Origin: Bacteroidota bacterium
GTDB taxonomy: Bacteria > Bacteroidota > Bacteroidia > AKYH767-A > OLB10
Reading direction: 5' to 3'
Assembly (NCBI GenBank): GCA_046052065.1
Contig: JBJOND010000005.1
Location: 1 to 59,250, forward strand
Length of the DNA stretch: 59,250 nt
Below the pieces are notes generated by a model. The model did not search any database. It saw only the letters and a list, made by a program, of their open reading frames with translations, and was not told the DNA's origin. Below are positions 49,011-58,426 of the stretch, in pieces. Made by a program: the position numbers and the translations under genes. The stretch's first letter is position 1; each line of letters starts with the position of its first letter.

Positions 49011-50075
49011 TTAACGATCACCACCGTACTTTGTGAATGCTAGCGGATTCGCAGTAACGTCATCATATACCTGATGATTATTGTAAATATCGTAAGCAAG
49101 GTAAATCGCTTCGCGCAATGAAGTCTCACTCGCAATTCCTTTACCTGCGATATCGTATCCTGTACCATGATCTGGCGAAGTACGAATAACAGGTAAGCCT
49201 GCAGTAAAGTTCACGCCTGTTTCAAAAGCCAATGTTTTAAAAGGAATTAACCCTTGATCGTGATACATGGCAAGTACTGCATCAAACTTTTTATACTGAC
49301 CGCTACCAAATAAACCATCAGCAGAATAAGGTCCGTAAACCACAGCCGATTTATCATTGAAAGCTTTTACCGCTGGCGCAATGATATCCATATCTTCACT
49401 TCCAATCACACCATTATCTCCTGCATGAGGATTTAATCCTAGCACTGCAATTTTGGGTTTACGAATATTAAAATCACGCTTAAGTGACTGCACCATTATA
49501 TTCAGTTTATTCTGAATGTTCTCTTTCGTTATTAATGAAGCTACTTTAGTTACAGGCACATGTCCTGTGACTAATGCCACACGCAAATCGCCCGAAACTA
49601 AAAACATCAATGGTGATGAATTAGGAAATGCTTTCCCTAAAAACTCTGTATGTCCGGTGAAGCCACTACCTGCTGGTTGAGCAGTATGTTTATCAAGCGG
49701 AGCAGTTACAATTGCATGTAATTTTCCAGCGGCTAAATCGGCAGTTGCAGCTTGTAGCGCTTTATAACTATAAACACCAGTTTCTGATGAAGGAGTACCT
49801 ACTTCAATTTTCAATTCTTCTTCCCAACAATTAATTACGTTAATCTTTCTCGGAATAACTTCATTAATACTTTTAACGGTATTATAATTAAACTCCTGAA
49901 TATTTAAAACCTTACGATGATGAGAAATCACCTTCGATGAACCATATATGACAGGCGTAATTGTTTGAAACAATCGATTATCTGAAAGTGCTTTCATAAC
50001 CACTTCAGGCCCTACTCCATTCACATCTCCGAGCGTTATTCCAATGCGCACTTTACCTTCACCATCATGACTCAT
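49011..50075 (-). CDS. pdxA: 4-hydroxythreonine-4-phosphate dehydrogenase
   Basis: GDVNGVGPE, VTAP, GHTE, NPHAGD, MYHDQG and RTSPDHGT. Confidence 0.95.
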   Translation of the reverse strand: MSHDGEGKVRIGITLGDVNGVGPEVVMKALSDNRLFQTITPVIYGSSKVISHHRKVLNIQEFNYNTVKSINEVIPRKINVINCWEEELKIEVGTPSSETGVYSYKALQAATADLAAGKLHAIVTAPLDKHTAQPAGSGFTGHTEFLGKAFPNSSPLMFLVSGDLRVALVTGHVPVTKVASLITKENIQNKLNIMVQSLKRDFNIRKPKIAVLGLNPHAGDNGVIGSEDMDIIAPAVKAFNDKSAVVYGPYSADGLFGSGQYKKFDAVLAMYHDQGLIPFKTLAFETGVNFTAGLPVIRTSPDHGTGYDIAGKGIASETSLREAIYLAYDIYNNHQVYDDVTANPLAFTKYGGDR

Positions 50076-50091
50076 AAAAATATATTTTAAA

Positions 50092-51531
50092 TTATTTAAC
50101 TCTATTCTTTATAAACTCAACTATTAGTCGTACTCCTGTTCCTGTTCCGTTTTTACCTCTATAGCTATCGTTACCTTTTATAAATGCAGGCCCTGCAATA
50201 TCAAAATGCATGTACGGATAATCTGTAAAATTCAATAGAAATCTTCCAGCAGTAATTGCTCCACCATAAGGACCACCAATATTTTTCAAATCTGCTATAT
50301 CCGACTTTAACAAATCGTCATACTCATCCCACATTGGAAATTCTGCAAGACGCTCATAAACATTGTTACCAGCAATTTCTAATTCTGCACGTGTAGCATC
50401 ATCAACTTTTCCCATTGATACAATTCCGTGCTGACCAATTGCTGCTGCTGCTGCTCCTGTTAACGTTGAAAATTCTAATACTAATTCAGGCTTCAAGCTC
50501 TTCGCATGATGCAATGCATCAGCTAAAATCAAACGACCTTCCGCATCAGTATTTAACACCTCCACTGTTTTACCACTCATCATCGTGATTACATCGCCAG
50601 GAACATATGCGTTACCATCAGGACGATTATCAGTTGCTGGAACTAAAGCAATAACATGCACCGGCAATTTTGCTTTCGCGATAGCATACATTGCACCACC
50701 TACTGCAGCACCACCAGCCATATCACACTTCATCGAATCCATCGAGTTAGGCGTTGGCTTTAAGCTCATACCACCTGTATCATAAACAACTCCTTTACCT
50801 ACTAAAACATATGGTTTTTTATTCACTGCATTTGCAGGCTTGTATTCCATAATGGTAAAAGTTGGAGGTTCAATACTACCAAGATTTACAGATAGCAATC
50901 CACCCATTTTCATCTTCGTGATTTCCTCTTTATCAAGAACGGTAACAGAAAAACCTGCTTCCTTACCCATTTTCATGAATTGATTTCCTAATTCAACAGC
51001 CGTTAAAAAATTAGGAGGCTCGTTAACCAAATCTCTCGACTTATACACCGCCGTACAAACAGCTTTCAAATAATCGATTTCTGACTTTGTTATTGCCTTA
51101 TGATGAATTCCAATTGTCTTCAACGAATTCTTTTCAGAAGCCGCCTTCGTTTTATACTTCAAAAACTGATAGTTGGAAAGTGCTAATCCTTCTGCAAATG
51201 CTAACACAACTTCGTTATTTAAGCTGGAAGAAATAGTCACATGACTTGCTTTAGCGGCATTTACACGCGCACTAAGTGAAGCTCCCGCCTTACGACTCGC
51301 TTCCATATTCACGTAATCTGTAGCATCAGCATTCGTTAAAACCTGAACTATTGCTAATCGCTTGTATTGGTTAATCACGATCTGCTTTTTCTTGTCTTTC
51401 ATTTCCTTTCGGATGTAAGACATTTCTTCTTTAGAAAACTGATCGCTAGGGATTTCCTTTTCAGTTGAAACAAGTGCGATTAAATGTTCTGTTTTACGCG
51501 CAGTGTTTTGTTGTGCTATGGTAATATGCAT
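50092..51531 (-). CDS. pepA: Leucyl aminopeptidase, M17 family (start ATG 51531 or 51567)
   Basis: GKGVVYDTGG, MKCDMAG, NTDAEGRL and HFDIAG. Confidence 0.93.
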   Translation of the reverse strand: MHITIAQQNTARKTEHLIALVSTEKEIPSDQFSKEEMSYIRKEMKDKKKQIVINQYKRLAIVQVLTNADATDYVNMEASRKAGASLSARVNAAKASHVTISSSLNNEVVLAFAEGLALSNYQFLKYKTKAASEKNSLKTIGIHHKAITKSEIDYLKAVCTAVYKSRDLVNEPPNFLTAVELGNQFMKMGKEAGFSVTVLDKEEITKMKMGGLLSVNLGSIEPPTFTIMEYKPANAVNKKPYVLVGKGVVYDTGGMSLKPTPNSMDSMKCDMAGGAAVGGAMYAIAKAKLPVHVIALVPATDNRPDGNAYVPGDVITMMSGKTVEVLNTDAEGRLILADALHHAKSLKPELVLEFSTLTGAAAAAIGQHGIVSMGKVDDATRAELEIAGNNVYERLAEFPMWDEYDDLLKSDIADLKNIGGPYGGAITAGRFLLNFTDYPYMHFDIAGPAFIKGNDSYRGKNGTGTGVRLIVEFIKNRVK

Positions 51532-51652
51532 AAGATAGTATAACTTTGAGCGGTTGAAATTAAACAATGTGAATGTGAAACCAAAAGGATATAAGCATTG
51601 TTTAGTTTTTATTTTAAAGAATGATTGTTAATTAATAACCGATTGCGAAGAG

Positions 51653-52777
51653 ATGAACAGTGACTTATTGCTAAAACGCGCCTTAAACTTCGAATTTCTG
51701 TCTGTAGAAGAGGGAAAGTTCTTATTTGAAACAGTTCCCACAGCTGAATTAATGTATGTGGCAAATGAACTTCGAAAAATACAGAAGCCCGATGGCAAAG
51801 TAACCTGGATCATTGACCGTAATCTAAATACCACAAATGTTTGCCTCGCAAACTGCAAGTTTTGTAATTTTTATCGTATTCCAGGACATGCAGAATCCTA
51901 TATTACCACGCTTGAGCAATACAAAGAAAAGATTGAAGAAACCTTCCGTTATGGAGGAGAGCAATTATTACTTCAGGGAGGGCACCATCCTGATTTAGGA
52001 TTGGCTTACTATTCTCAGCTATTTCGCGATTTAAAAAAGATGTTCCCTACTGTGAAACTACACTCACTAGGGCCACCAGAAATTGCGCATATTGCTAAGC
52101 TGAAAGGAAAGTCGCACACTTACGTTTTAAAAACATTGATGGAAGCGGGGTTAGACTCTCTTCCAGGACCAGGAGCAGAAATATTAAATGACCGTGTTCG
52201 AAGAATTATTTCGAAAGGAAAATGTTCAGGACGTGAATGGCTGGATGTAATGCGTGCTGCACATCAACTAGGATTAACAACCTCAGCAACGATGATGTTT
52301 GGTCATGTAGAAACAATTGAAGAGCGCTTTGAACACCTTGCTTTACTTCGTCAGGTGCAATCTGAAAAACCTGAATTTGCTAAAGGATTTATTGCCTTTA
52401 TTCCGTGGCCTTTTCAAGATGAGGGAACGTTGTTGAAGAAAGTGAGAGGAGTTAGAAATGAGGTGACGGGCGATGAATACATTCGTATGATTGCGATGAG
52501 TCGTATTATGTTGCCAAATATTAAAAATATTCAGGCTTCATGGTTGACTGTTGGAAAAGCGGTTGCGCAGGTATGTTTACATGCAGGTGCTAATGATTTT
52601 GGATCTATCATGATTGAAGAAAATGTAGTTTCTGCTGCAGGTGCTCCGCATCGATTTACATCCAACGGAATTCAGGAGGCAATTCGCGAAGCAGGATTTG
52701 AGCCGCAATTACGTAATCAGCAGTACGAATACAGAGAAATTCCAGCGACCATTGAACAACAAGTGATAAATTACTAA
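51653..52777 (+). CDS. mqnC: CofH/MqnC-family radical SAM enzyme, probable cyclic dehypoxanthine futalosine synthase
   Basis: DRNLNTTNVCLANCKFCNF (CxxxCxxC), LQGGHHP, ATMMFGH and ANDFGSIMIEENVVSAAG. Confidence 0.8.
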   Translation: MNSDLLLKRALNFEFLSVEEGKFLFETVPTAELMYVANELRKIQKPDGKVTWIIDRNLNTTNVCLANCKFCNFYRIPGHAESYITTLEQYKEKIEETFRYGGEQLLLQGGHHPDLGLAYYSQLFRDLKKMFPTVKLHSLGPPEIAHIAKLKGKSHTYVLKTLMEAGLDSLPGPGAEILNDRVRRIISKGKCSGREWLDVMRAAHQLGLTTSATMMFGHVETIEERFEHLALLRQVQSEKPEFAKGFIAFIPWPFQDEGTLLKKVRGVRNEVTGDEYIRMIAMSRIMLPNIKNIQASWLTVGKAVAQVCLHAGANDFGSIMIEENVVSAAGAPHRFTSNGIQEAIREAGFEPQLRNQQYEYREIPATIEQQVINY

Positions 52778-52804
52778 TTTAGTCATAACAAAACACCTTT
52801 CCTT

Positions 52805-55390
52805 GTGCGTCTACTAAAGCTCTTTTTCATTGTTTCCTTCTGTTTGATTTCATCGATGCTTTATGCAACGCATAATCGTGCAGGTGAAATTACTTATCGC
52901 AAAATTTCCAATTTATTCTACGAAGTAAAAATTGTTACTTATACGAAGTCATCAAGTCCTGCCGACCGACCTGAATTAGAATTCTGGTGGGGCGATGGAA
53001 CAAGAGATACGATTCCTCGTCAGAGTATTACGCCTAATGTTGGCCCTGATATTCAGAAAAATATTTACGTAGGTACGCATACTTATCCTGGAAGTGGCAG
53101 TTATACGATGTATTTTTTAGATGAAAACAGAAATGCCGATGTAGTCAACATGCCCGGCTCTGTGAACATTGCATTTTACGTTGAAACAAAGTTGGTCATC
53201 TCTCCAGCAATTTTAAATAATAGTTCTCCGAACTTATTACAGCCACCAATTGATAATGGAGCTGTAGGACAAATATTCCTTCATAATCCAAATGCATTTG
53301 ATCCCGATGGCGATAGTTTGTCGTACGAGTTAGTGAAATGCAAAGGATTGGGAGGACAAGTAATTCCAACATTCTCTTATCCTGCAGCAAACAACTCATT
53401 TACGCTAGACAGTATTACGGGCGATTTAATTTGGGATAGTCCTATTTTAGTTGGTGAATATAACGTAGCGATGATTATTCGAGAGTGGAGAAACTTACCT
53501 GGCATTGGAACTTTTAATATTGGATATGTGACGCGCGATATGCAAATCACGATTTATCCTCCAGTGAATCAACCTCCAATTATTACGGCTATTAACGATA
53601 CATGTGTTGAAGCGGGAACTGTATTAAACTTTACCGTTAATGTTGGTGAACCAAATAATGAATTGATTACATTAACTGCTTCAGGAGGACCGTTTGTTAC
53701 TGCCAACAATCCCGCAACATTTACCTCAACACCAGCTGTGGGAATTAACAATGGAGTATTCAACTGGAACACGGACTGCTCACATGTTCGCAAATCGAAA
53801 TACACGGTGGTGTTTAAAGCAATTGACAATAATACCAACGTACAATTGGTGGATCTAGAAACGATGTCGATTACCGTTGTTGGGCCATCACCTAAAAACC
53901 CATATGCAACGCCGTTAGGAAATAGTTTAGTGTTAAATTGGGATACCAGTTTATGTGCGCAGGCCATTGGATACAAAGTTTATCGCCGACAGGGCTCTTA
54001 CGGATTTACTCCTTCGCAGTGTGAAACAGGAGTTCCCTCTTATACTGGATATACTTTCATCGGACAAACAAACGGATTTTACAATACCACATTTACAGAC
54101 GATAATAACGGAGTTGGCTTAGCGCCTGCCGTGCAATATTGCTATATGGTAATAGCTATTTATCCTGATGGCGCCGAAAGCTACGCTTCAATTGAATTCT
54201 GCGGAACGCTCATCAGAGATTTACCGATTATTACTAACGTTGATGTCAATACGACATCCAACAATAACGGGGAAATATATGTGGCTTGGGGCAAACCAAC
54301 CAATCTTGATTTCACGCAAACTCCTGGTCCATTCAAATACGTATTACAACGCAAATCAGGAAGTGGATCATTTACTGATGTAGTCACAAAAACTGATTTG
54401 AACGACACTACTTATACAGATTTAGGATTAAACACGGTAGATTCTTCGTATACGTATCGCATAGCATTTTCCAACGAAACACCAGGCAATTCATTCTTGA
54501 TTGGAAATACACAACAAGCAACAAGTATGTATTTGCGTGTAACTCCATCCGACGAACAAAACACACTTAACTGGAGTGTGAATGTACCGTGGAATAATTC
54601 GACGTATGAAATTTACAGAGAAGTTAGTCCTGGAATTTTTAATTTGATTGGTAACAGTACTACAAACACTTATACGGATGATAGTCTGGCCAATGGAGTT
54701 GAATATTGTTATTATGTAAAATCATATGGCAGTTATTTAGACACAGGCTTGATTAATCCGATTATCAATAAATCACAAATCGGATGTGCAACGCCGTTAG
54801 ACAATGTTGCTCCTTGCGCACCGAGCATTACGATTAATGGAAATTGTTTAAACTTAACGGATACTATTAATTGGTCGACTGATTTAACTTGCGGAAGCGA
54901 TATTGAAAAAGTGAATTTATATTTCAAAGGATCGATGCAAAGTGCTTATGCATTAATCACTACCGAAACCGGATTGAATGGCAGCTACATTTATAACAAC
55001 CCTATTTCTATTGCTGGGTGTTATTATTTAATAGCTATTGACACAACTGGTAATATCAGTTTAAGTTCGGATACGTTATGCATTGATCCTTGTCCGACAT
55101 ATGAATTACCGAATGTTTTCACTCCGAATGCTGATAACATAAACGATCTCTATCATCCTATTCTTCCTTATCGCGATGTGCAAGACATTACCTTTAAAGT
55201 ATTCAATCGCTGGGGTGCATTAATGTTTGAAACTACGGATATTGATATTAACTGGAATGGTAAGAAAAACAATAATGGCGAAGAAGCTCCTGCTGGTGTT
55301 TACTTTTACATTTGTACAGTTTATGAAACAACCGCTAATGGAGAATTAATTCCAAGAAACATCAACGGTACAATTGAACTAATCCGATAA
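52805..55390 (+). CDS. Secreted multi-domain protein with a gliding-motility-associated (type B) T9SS C-terminal domain (GTG start)
   Basis: Signal peptide + THNRAGEITY, DPDGDSLSY, FN3-like repeats and the C-terminal PNVFTPNADNIND...FNRWG...W.G...GVYFY. Confidence 0.85.
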   Translation: MRLLKLFFIVSFCLISSMLYATHNRAGEITYRKISNLFYEVKIVTYTKSSSPADRPELEFWWGDGTRDTIPRQSITPNVGPDIQKNIYVGTHTYPGSGSYTMYFLDENRNADVVNMPGSVNIAFYVETKLVISPAILNNSSPNLLQPPIDNGAVGQIFLHNPNAFDPDGDSLSYELVKCKGLGGQVIPTFSYPAANNSFTLDSITGDLIWDSPILVGEYNVAMIIREWRNLPGIGTFNIGYVTRDMQITIYPPVNQPPIITAINDTCVEAGTVLNFTVNVGEPNNELITLTASGGPFVTANNPATFTSTPAVGINNGVFNWNTDCSHVRKSKYTVVFKAIDNNTNVQLVDLETMSITVVGPSPKNPYATPLGNSLVLNWDTSLCAQAIGYKVYRRQGSYGFTPSQCETGVPSYTGYTFIGQTNGFYNTTFTDDNNGVGLAPAVQYCYMVIAIYPDGAESYASIEFCGTLIRDLPIITNVDVNTTSNNNGEIYVAWGKPTNLDFTQTPGPFKYVLQRKSGSGSFTDVVTKTDLNDTTYTDLGLNTVDSSYTYRIAFSNETPGNSFLIGNTQQATSMYLRVTPSDEQNTLNWSVNVPWNNSTYEIYREVSPGIFNLIGNSTTNTYTDDSLANGVEYCYYVKSYGSYLDTGLINPIINKSQIGCATPLDNVAPCAPSITINGNCLNLTDTINWSTDLTCGSDIEKVNLYFKGSMQSAYALITTETGLNGSYIYNNPISIAGCYYLIAIDTTGNISLSSDTLCIDPCPTYELPNVFTPNADNINDLYHPILPYRDVQDITFKVFNRWGALMFETTDIDINWNGKKNNNGEEAPAGVYFYICTVYETTANGELIPRNINGTIELIR

Positions 55391-55393
55391 AAA

Positions 55394-56119
55394 ATGATTT
55401 TAGGAATTATTCCTGCAAGATACGCATCGACTCGTTTCCCTGGCAAACCATTAGTAATCATTGATGGAAAGCCAATGATTCAACGTGTTTATGAGCAAGC
55501 TTTAAAATCCGACTTAGATGCAGTTGTTGTAGCTACTGATGATGTTCGTATTGCCGATGCCGTTAGAAGCTTTGGAGGGAACGTAGTTATGACTTCCGAC
55601 AATCATCCTAGCGGAACCGATCGTTGTGCAGAGGCATTAACTATTTTTGAAGGCGATTGGAAAGCTGTTGTGAATATTCAAGGTGATGAACCCTATATTC
55701 AACCAAGTCAGATAAATGCTATTGCTTCGCTTTTAAAAAACGGAGCGCCAATCGCAACGCTGGTTAAAAAAATTGACAACACAGAAGAACTCAATAATAT
55801 TAACTCACCCAAAGTTGTAAAAAGTACAAATGGCGATGCATTGTATTTTAGTCGACAGCCAATACCTTTTCAAAAAGGAGTTGACATTAGCGATTGGTTA
55901 AAACATGGAACCTATTACAAGCATATTGGAATCTATGGGTACCAGTCGGCCGTGCTGCCCCAATTAACCCAACTAAAACAAGGCATTTTAGAGATGGCAG
56001 AATCGTTGGAACAGCTAAGGTGGCTGGAGAATGGATATGGCATTATGACAGCGGAAACTACTGAAAATACCGTAGCTATTGATACGCCTGAAGACTTATC
56101 ACGACTTAAAAACCTTTAA
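55394..56119 (+). CDS. kdsB: 3-deoxy-manno-octulosonate cytidylyltransferase
   Basis: IPARYASTRFPGKPL, SGTDR, NIQGDEP, YFSR and ESLEQLRWLE. Confidence 0.96.
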   Translation: MILGIIPARYASTRFPGKPLVIIDGKPMIQRVYEQALKSDLDAVVVATDDVRIADAVRSFGGNVVMTSDNHPSGTDRCAEALTIFEGDWKAVVNIQGDEPYIQPSQINAIASLLKNGAPIATLVKKIDNTEELNNINSPKVVKSTNGDALYFSRQPIPFQKGVDISDWLKHGTYYKHIGIYGYQSAVLPQLTQLKQGILEMAESLEQLRWLENGYGIMTAETTENTVAIDTPEDLSRLKNL

Positions 56120-56177
56120 TTTCTAGCTATTTACGAGTTTGATTGTTCATAACCCTTGTTCATAGGGAACTTTCTGC

Positions 56178-56185
56178 TATCTTCG
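56178..56185 (+). promoter_or_regulatory. -7 element variant (TATCTTCG)
   Basis: TAnnTTCG, 18 nt upstream of ATG 56204. Confidence 0.45.
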
Positions 56186-56203
56186 TAATTCAATTGCTAA
56201 CCC

Positions 56204-57403
56204 ATGGTAAGACCTGACCAATACATTTGTGAACTTTTATTTACCAATGATTGTGTAATCATTCCAGGATTAGGAGGTTTCGTATCTAATACAAGATCTA
56301 CTTTTTTAAATCCCTCACAACATACATTTACACCACCGTCTAAGAAAGTTGCTTTCAATTCTAGCTTGCGTACTAACGACGGATTGTTGGCACATTATAT
56401 CAGTCAGGAAGAAAATATCACCTATCACGAAGCCAATGAAATTATCAGTGCTTATGTAGATGATGTTTTCCGAAAGTTAGCTTTAGGAGAGCAAATCAGT
56501 ATTGAAGAAGTAGGAATGCTTTCGATGGATATGGAAAAGCACCTGCAATTTGAACCTGAAACTAACTCCAACTTCTTACTTTCTTCTTTTGGAATGACCA
56601 CTCTTCATTCACCAGCTATCAAGCGTGAAGAAGTGCCTATGGAAGTTGTGCAAGGAGATAAGCAAAAAGCTACAACACCAGGCAAACGCAAAACTAAATT
56701 TTGGAAAATTATTGAGTTAGTACCAGCTGCAGCTGTATTGGCAATAATGATCTTCAATCCGAGAGTTGTTCATACATTAAATAACAACCTTGGAAATATA
56801 ATTAGTGTTCCTGCTCCAAGAGAAATCAATGTTGATGAACGTCCTGAAGTAAAGAAGGAAGCAACAACTACTTTTGAAATTCCTTCTGTTAACAATCAAA
56901 ATGGAATTACGCCAGTTGTAATTGAAGACCAAAACGATTCTTTCAATCAAAAAATGATTGAAGAAACTGCTAAAGCATTACAAGATGCATTTGACAGGGA
57001 TGTAGAAGAAAAGACTAGAAAAATTTTAGCAGGAGAATCTACTGTAACATCAACTAATGTTGTCAAAGAAAACAATAAAGTAGTAGTAAAGCCTGTTCAC
57101 ACAGAAGTAGCCAAACCAATAAATATTAATAAGACTGGAAATTCTTCATCGTCTGAAACTAATAGTGCCGTTACTTTGAAAAAATTTCATGTTATTGGAG
57201 GAGTTTTTTCAATTAAAGACAATGCAAACAACTACATCAAGAAAGCACAAGCTGATGGATATTCTGCTGCGATAGCAGGTAAAAACAAGCGTGGTTATTG
57301 GGTTGTAAGTTTAGCTAGCGCCAATAGTGAAGCTGAATTAGAAGCTACACTAGAAAACATTCAGGCTACCTATGAAAAGAATGCCTGGATTTATAAAAAA
57401 TAA
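56204..57403 (+). CDS. HU-CCDC81-like N-terminal domains + TM + C-terminal SPOR domain protein
   Basis: ELLFTNDCVIIPGLGGF, FNSSL..NDGLL, a single TM (LVPAAAVLAIMIF) and SPOR-like FHVIGGVFSIKDNA...Y...AW. Confidence 0.8.
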   Translation: MVRPDQYICELLFTNDCVIIPGLGGFVSNTRSTFLNPSQHTFTPPSKKVAFNSSLRTNDGLLAHYISQEENITYHEANEIISAYVDDVFRKLALGEQISIEEVGMLSMDMEKHLQFEPETNSNFLLSSFGMTTLHSPAIKREEVPMEVVQGDKQKATTPGKRKTKFWKIIELVPAAAVLAIMIFNPRVVHTLNNNLGNIISVPAPREINVDERPEVKKEATTTFEIPSVNNQNGITPVVIEDQNDSFNQKMIEETAKALQDAFDRDVEEKTRKILAGESTVTSTNVVKENNKVVVKPVHTEVAKPININKTGNSSSSETNSAVTLKKFHVIGGVFSIKDNANNYIKKAQADGYSAAIAGKNKRGYWVVSLASANSEAELEATLENIQATYEKNAWIYKK

Positions 57404-57425
57404 AACACTTAAAAACCTAATAATT

Positions 57426-57455
57426 AAAACCATCAATTCTGTTGATGGTTTTTTT
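57426..57455 (+). terminator. Intrinsic terminator
   Basis: AAAACCATCAA-ttctg-TTGATGGTTTT with an extended T-run. Confidence 0.85.
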
Positions 57456-57466
57456 ATACCATTAAA

Positions 57467-57952
57467 ATGAAGCAAAAATTAGAGTTTGATCTTACTACTA
57501 AAATTATTTCAGCATTAGTAATTGCAATTCCTTTTGTAATGATTATTGCTCAATACACATTTATAAACGACCATAATGTTATTCTAGATATAACCGCAAT
57601 ATTTCTTTTTATAACTTATTTTATTACGTGGATGCTGCATCCAACTTCGTATGAAATCACAACTGAAACTTTATTGATACACCGCCCTCTTAGTTCAATT
57701 AAAATCAAATTATCGACAATACAAGAAATCTTCCGAACGGAGCCAGGATTTAGTATACGCTTATTTGGATCTGGAGGATTGTTTGGTTACTTCGGATTGT
57801 TTTCTTCTAATAAATTAGGACGACATCACCGATATACAGGCAACAATGAAAATCTAGTCCTGTTGAATGCAGGAAAGAAAAAATACTTATTGAGCATACA
57901 TGATGAGTTGTTCTTTCAAGAATTAATCAAACACAAAAAAATTGCATTATAA
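57467..57952 (+). CDS. Bacterial PH-domain membrane protein
   Basis: Two N-terminal TMs, P.SYEIT...L.IHRP and the RLFGSGGLFGYFG motif. Confidence 0.72.
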   Translation: MKQKLEFDLTTKIISALVIAIPFVMIIAQYTFINDHNVILDITAIFLFITYFITWMLHPTSYEITTETLLIHRPLSSIKIKLSTIQEIFRTEPGFSIRLFGSGGLFGYFGLFSSNKLGRHHRYTGNNENLVLLNAGKKKYLLSIHDELFFQELIKHKKIAL

Positions 57953-57962
57953 ATATCCTAAA

Positions 57963-57978
57963 AGTGATAATTGTCACT
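57963..57978. promoter_or_regulatory. Palindromic operator-like site AGTGA-TAATTG-TCACT
   Basis: GTGA-N6-TCAC. Its centre is 29.5 nt upstream of TAAATTTG (58000-58007). Confidence 0.45.
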
Positions 57979-58027
57979 GAAAACAATTTTATGAAATCAT
58001 AAATTTGTACTGCTAAAACAAACTAAA

Positions 58028-58426
58028 ATGATTGCCAAATTATACTCCATCTTTAATCATAAATGTCCCCGTTGTTTAGAAGGTGATATTTATGCGAATA
58101 AAAGTTCCTACGACTTAAAAAACATTGCCAACATGAAACATTCATGTGATAAATGTGATTTGGATTTTGAAAGGGAGCCAGGGTATTATTACGGAGCAAT
58201 GTATGTTAGCTATGCACTAACGGTAGCCATAGCCGTTTCTATTTTTGTAGCATATATTGTGCTATTTCCAACGTTTGATGCACTAACGTATATTATTGCA
58301 CTAACATTGTTTTTACTTGTTTTAGCACCATGGACATTCAGAACATCAAGAGTAATATGGCTGAATTTCTTTATCAAATTTAAACCTGAGATTCAAAAAG
58401 AAATTCAAGCTAAAAAAGCTGCCTAA
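58028..58426 (+). CDS. DUF983 domain-containing protein
   Basis: CPRC...C.KC Zn-ribbon, EREPGYYYGAMYVSYAL and two TMs. Confidence 0.85.
   Translation: MIAKLYSIFNHKCPRCLEGDIYANKSSYDLKNIANMKHSCDKCDLDFEREPGYYYGAMYVSYALTVAIAVSIFVAYIVLFPTFDALTYIIALTLFLLVLAPWTFRTSRVIWLNFFIKFKPEIQKEIQAKKAA

Noticed and set aside
52141-52180. Odd residues in otherwise conserved motifs (MqnC PGPGAE, HsdM NPPFIAE, ABC YSGGIRQ) as signs of decay or editing
   Set aside because: These are isolated non-catalytic changes judged against remembered consensus; natural variation or consensus error cannot be excluded without alignments.
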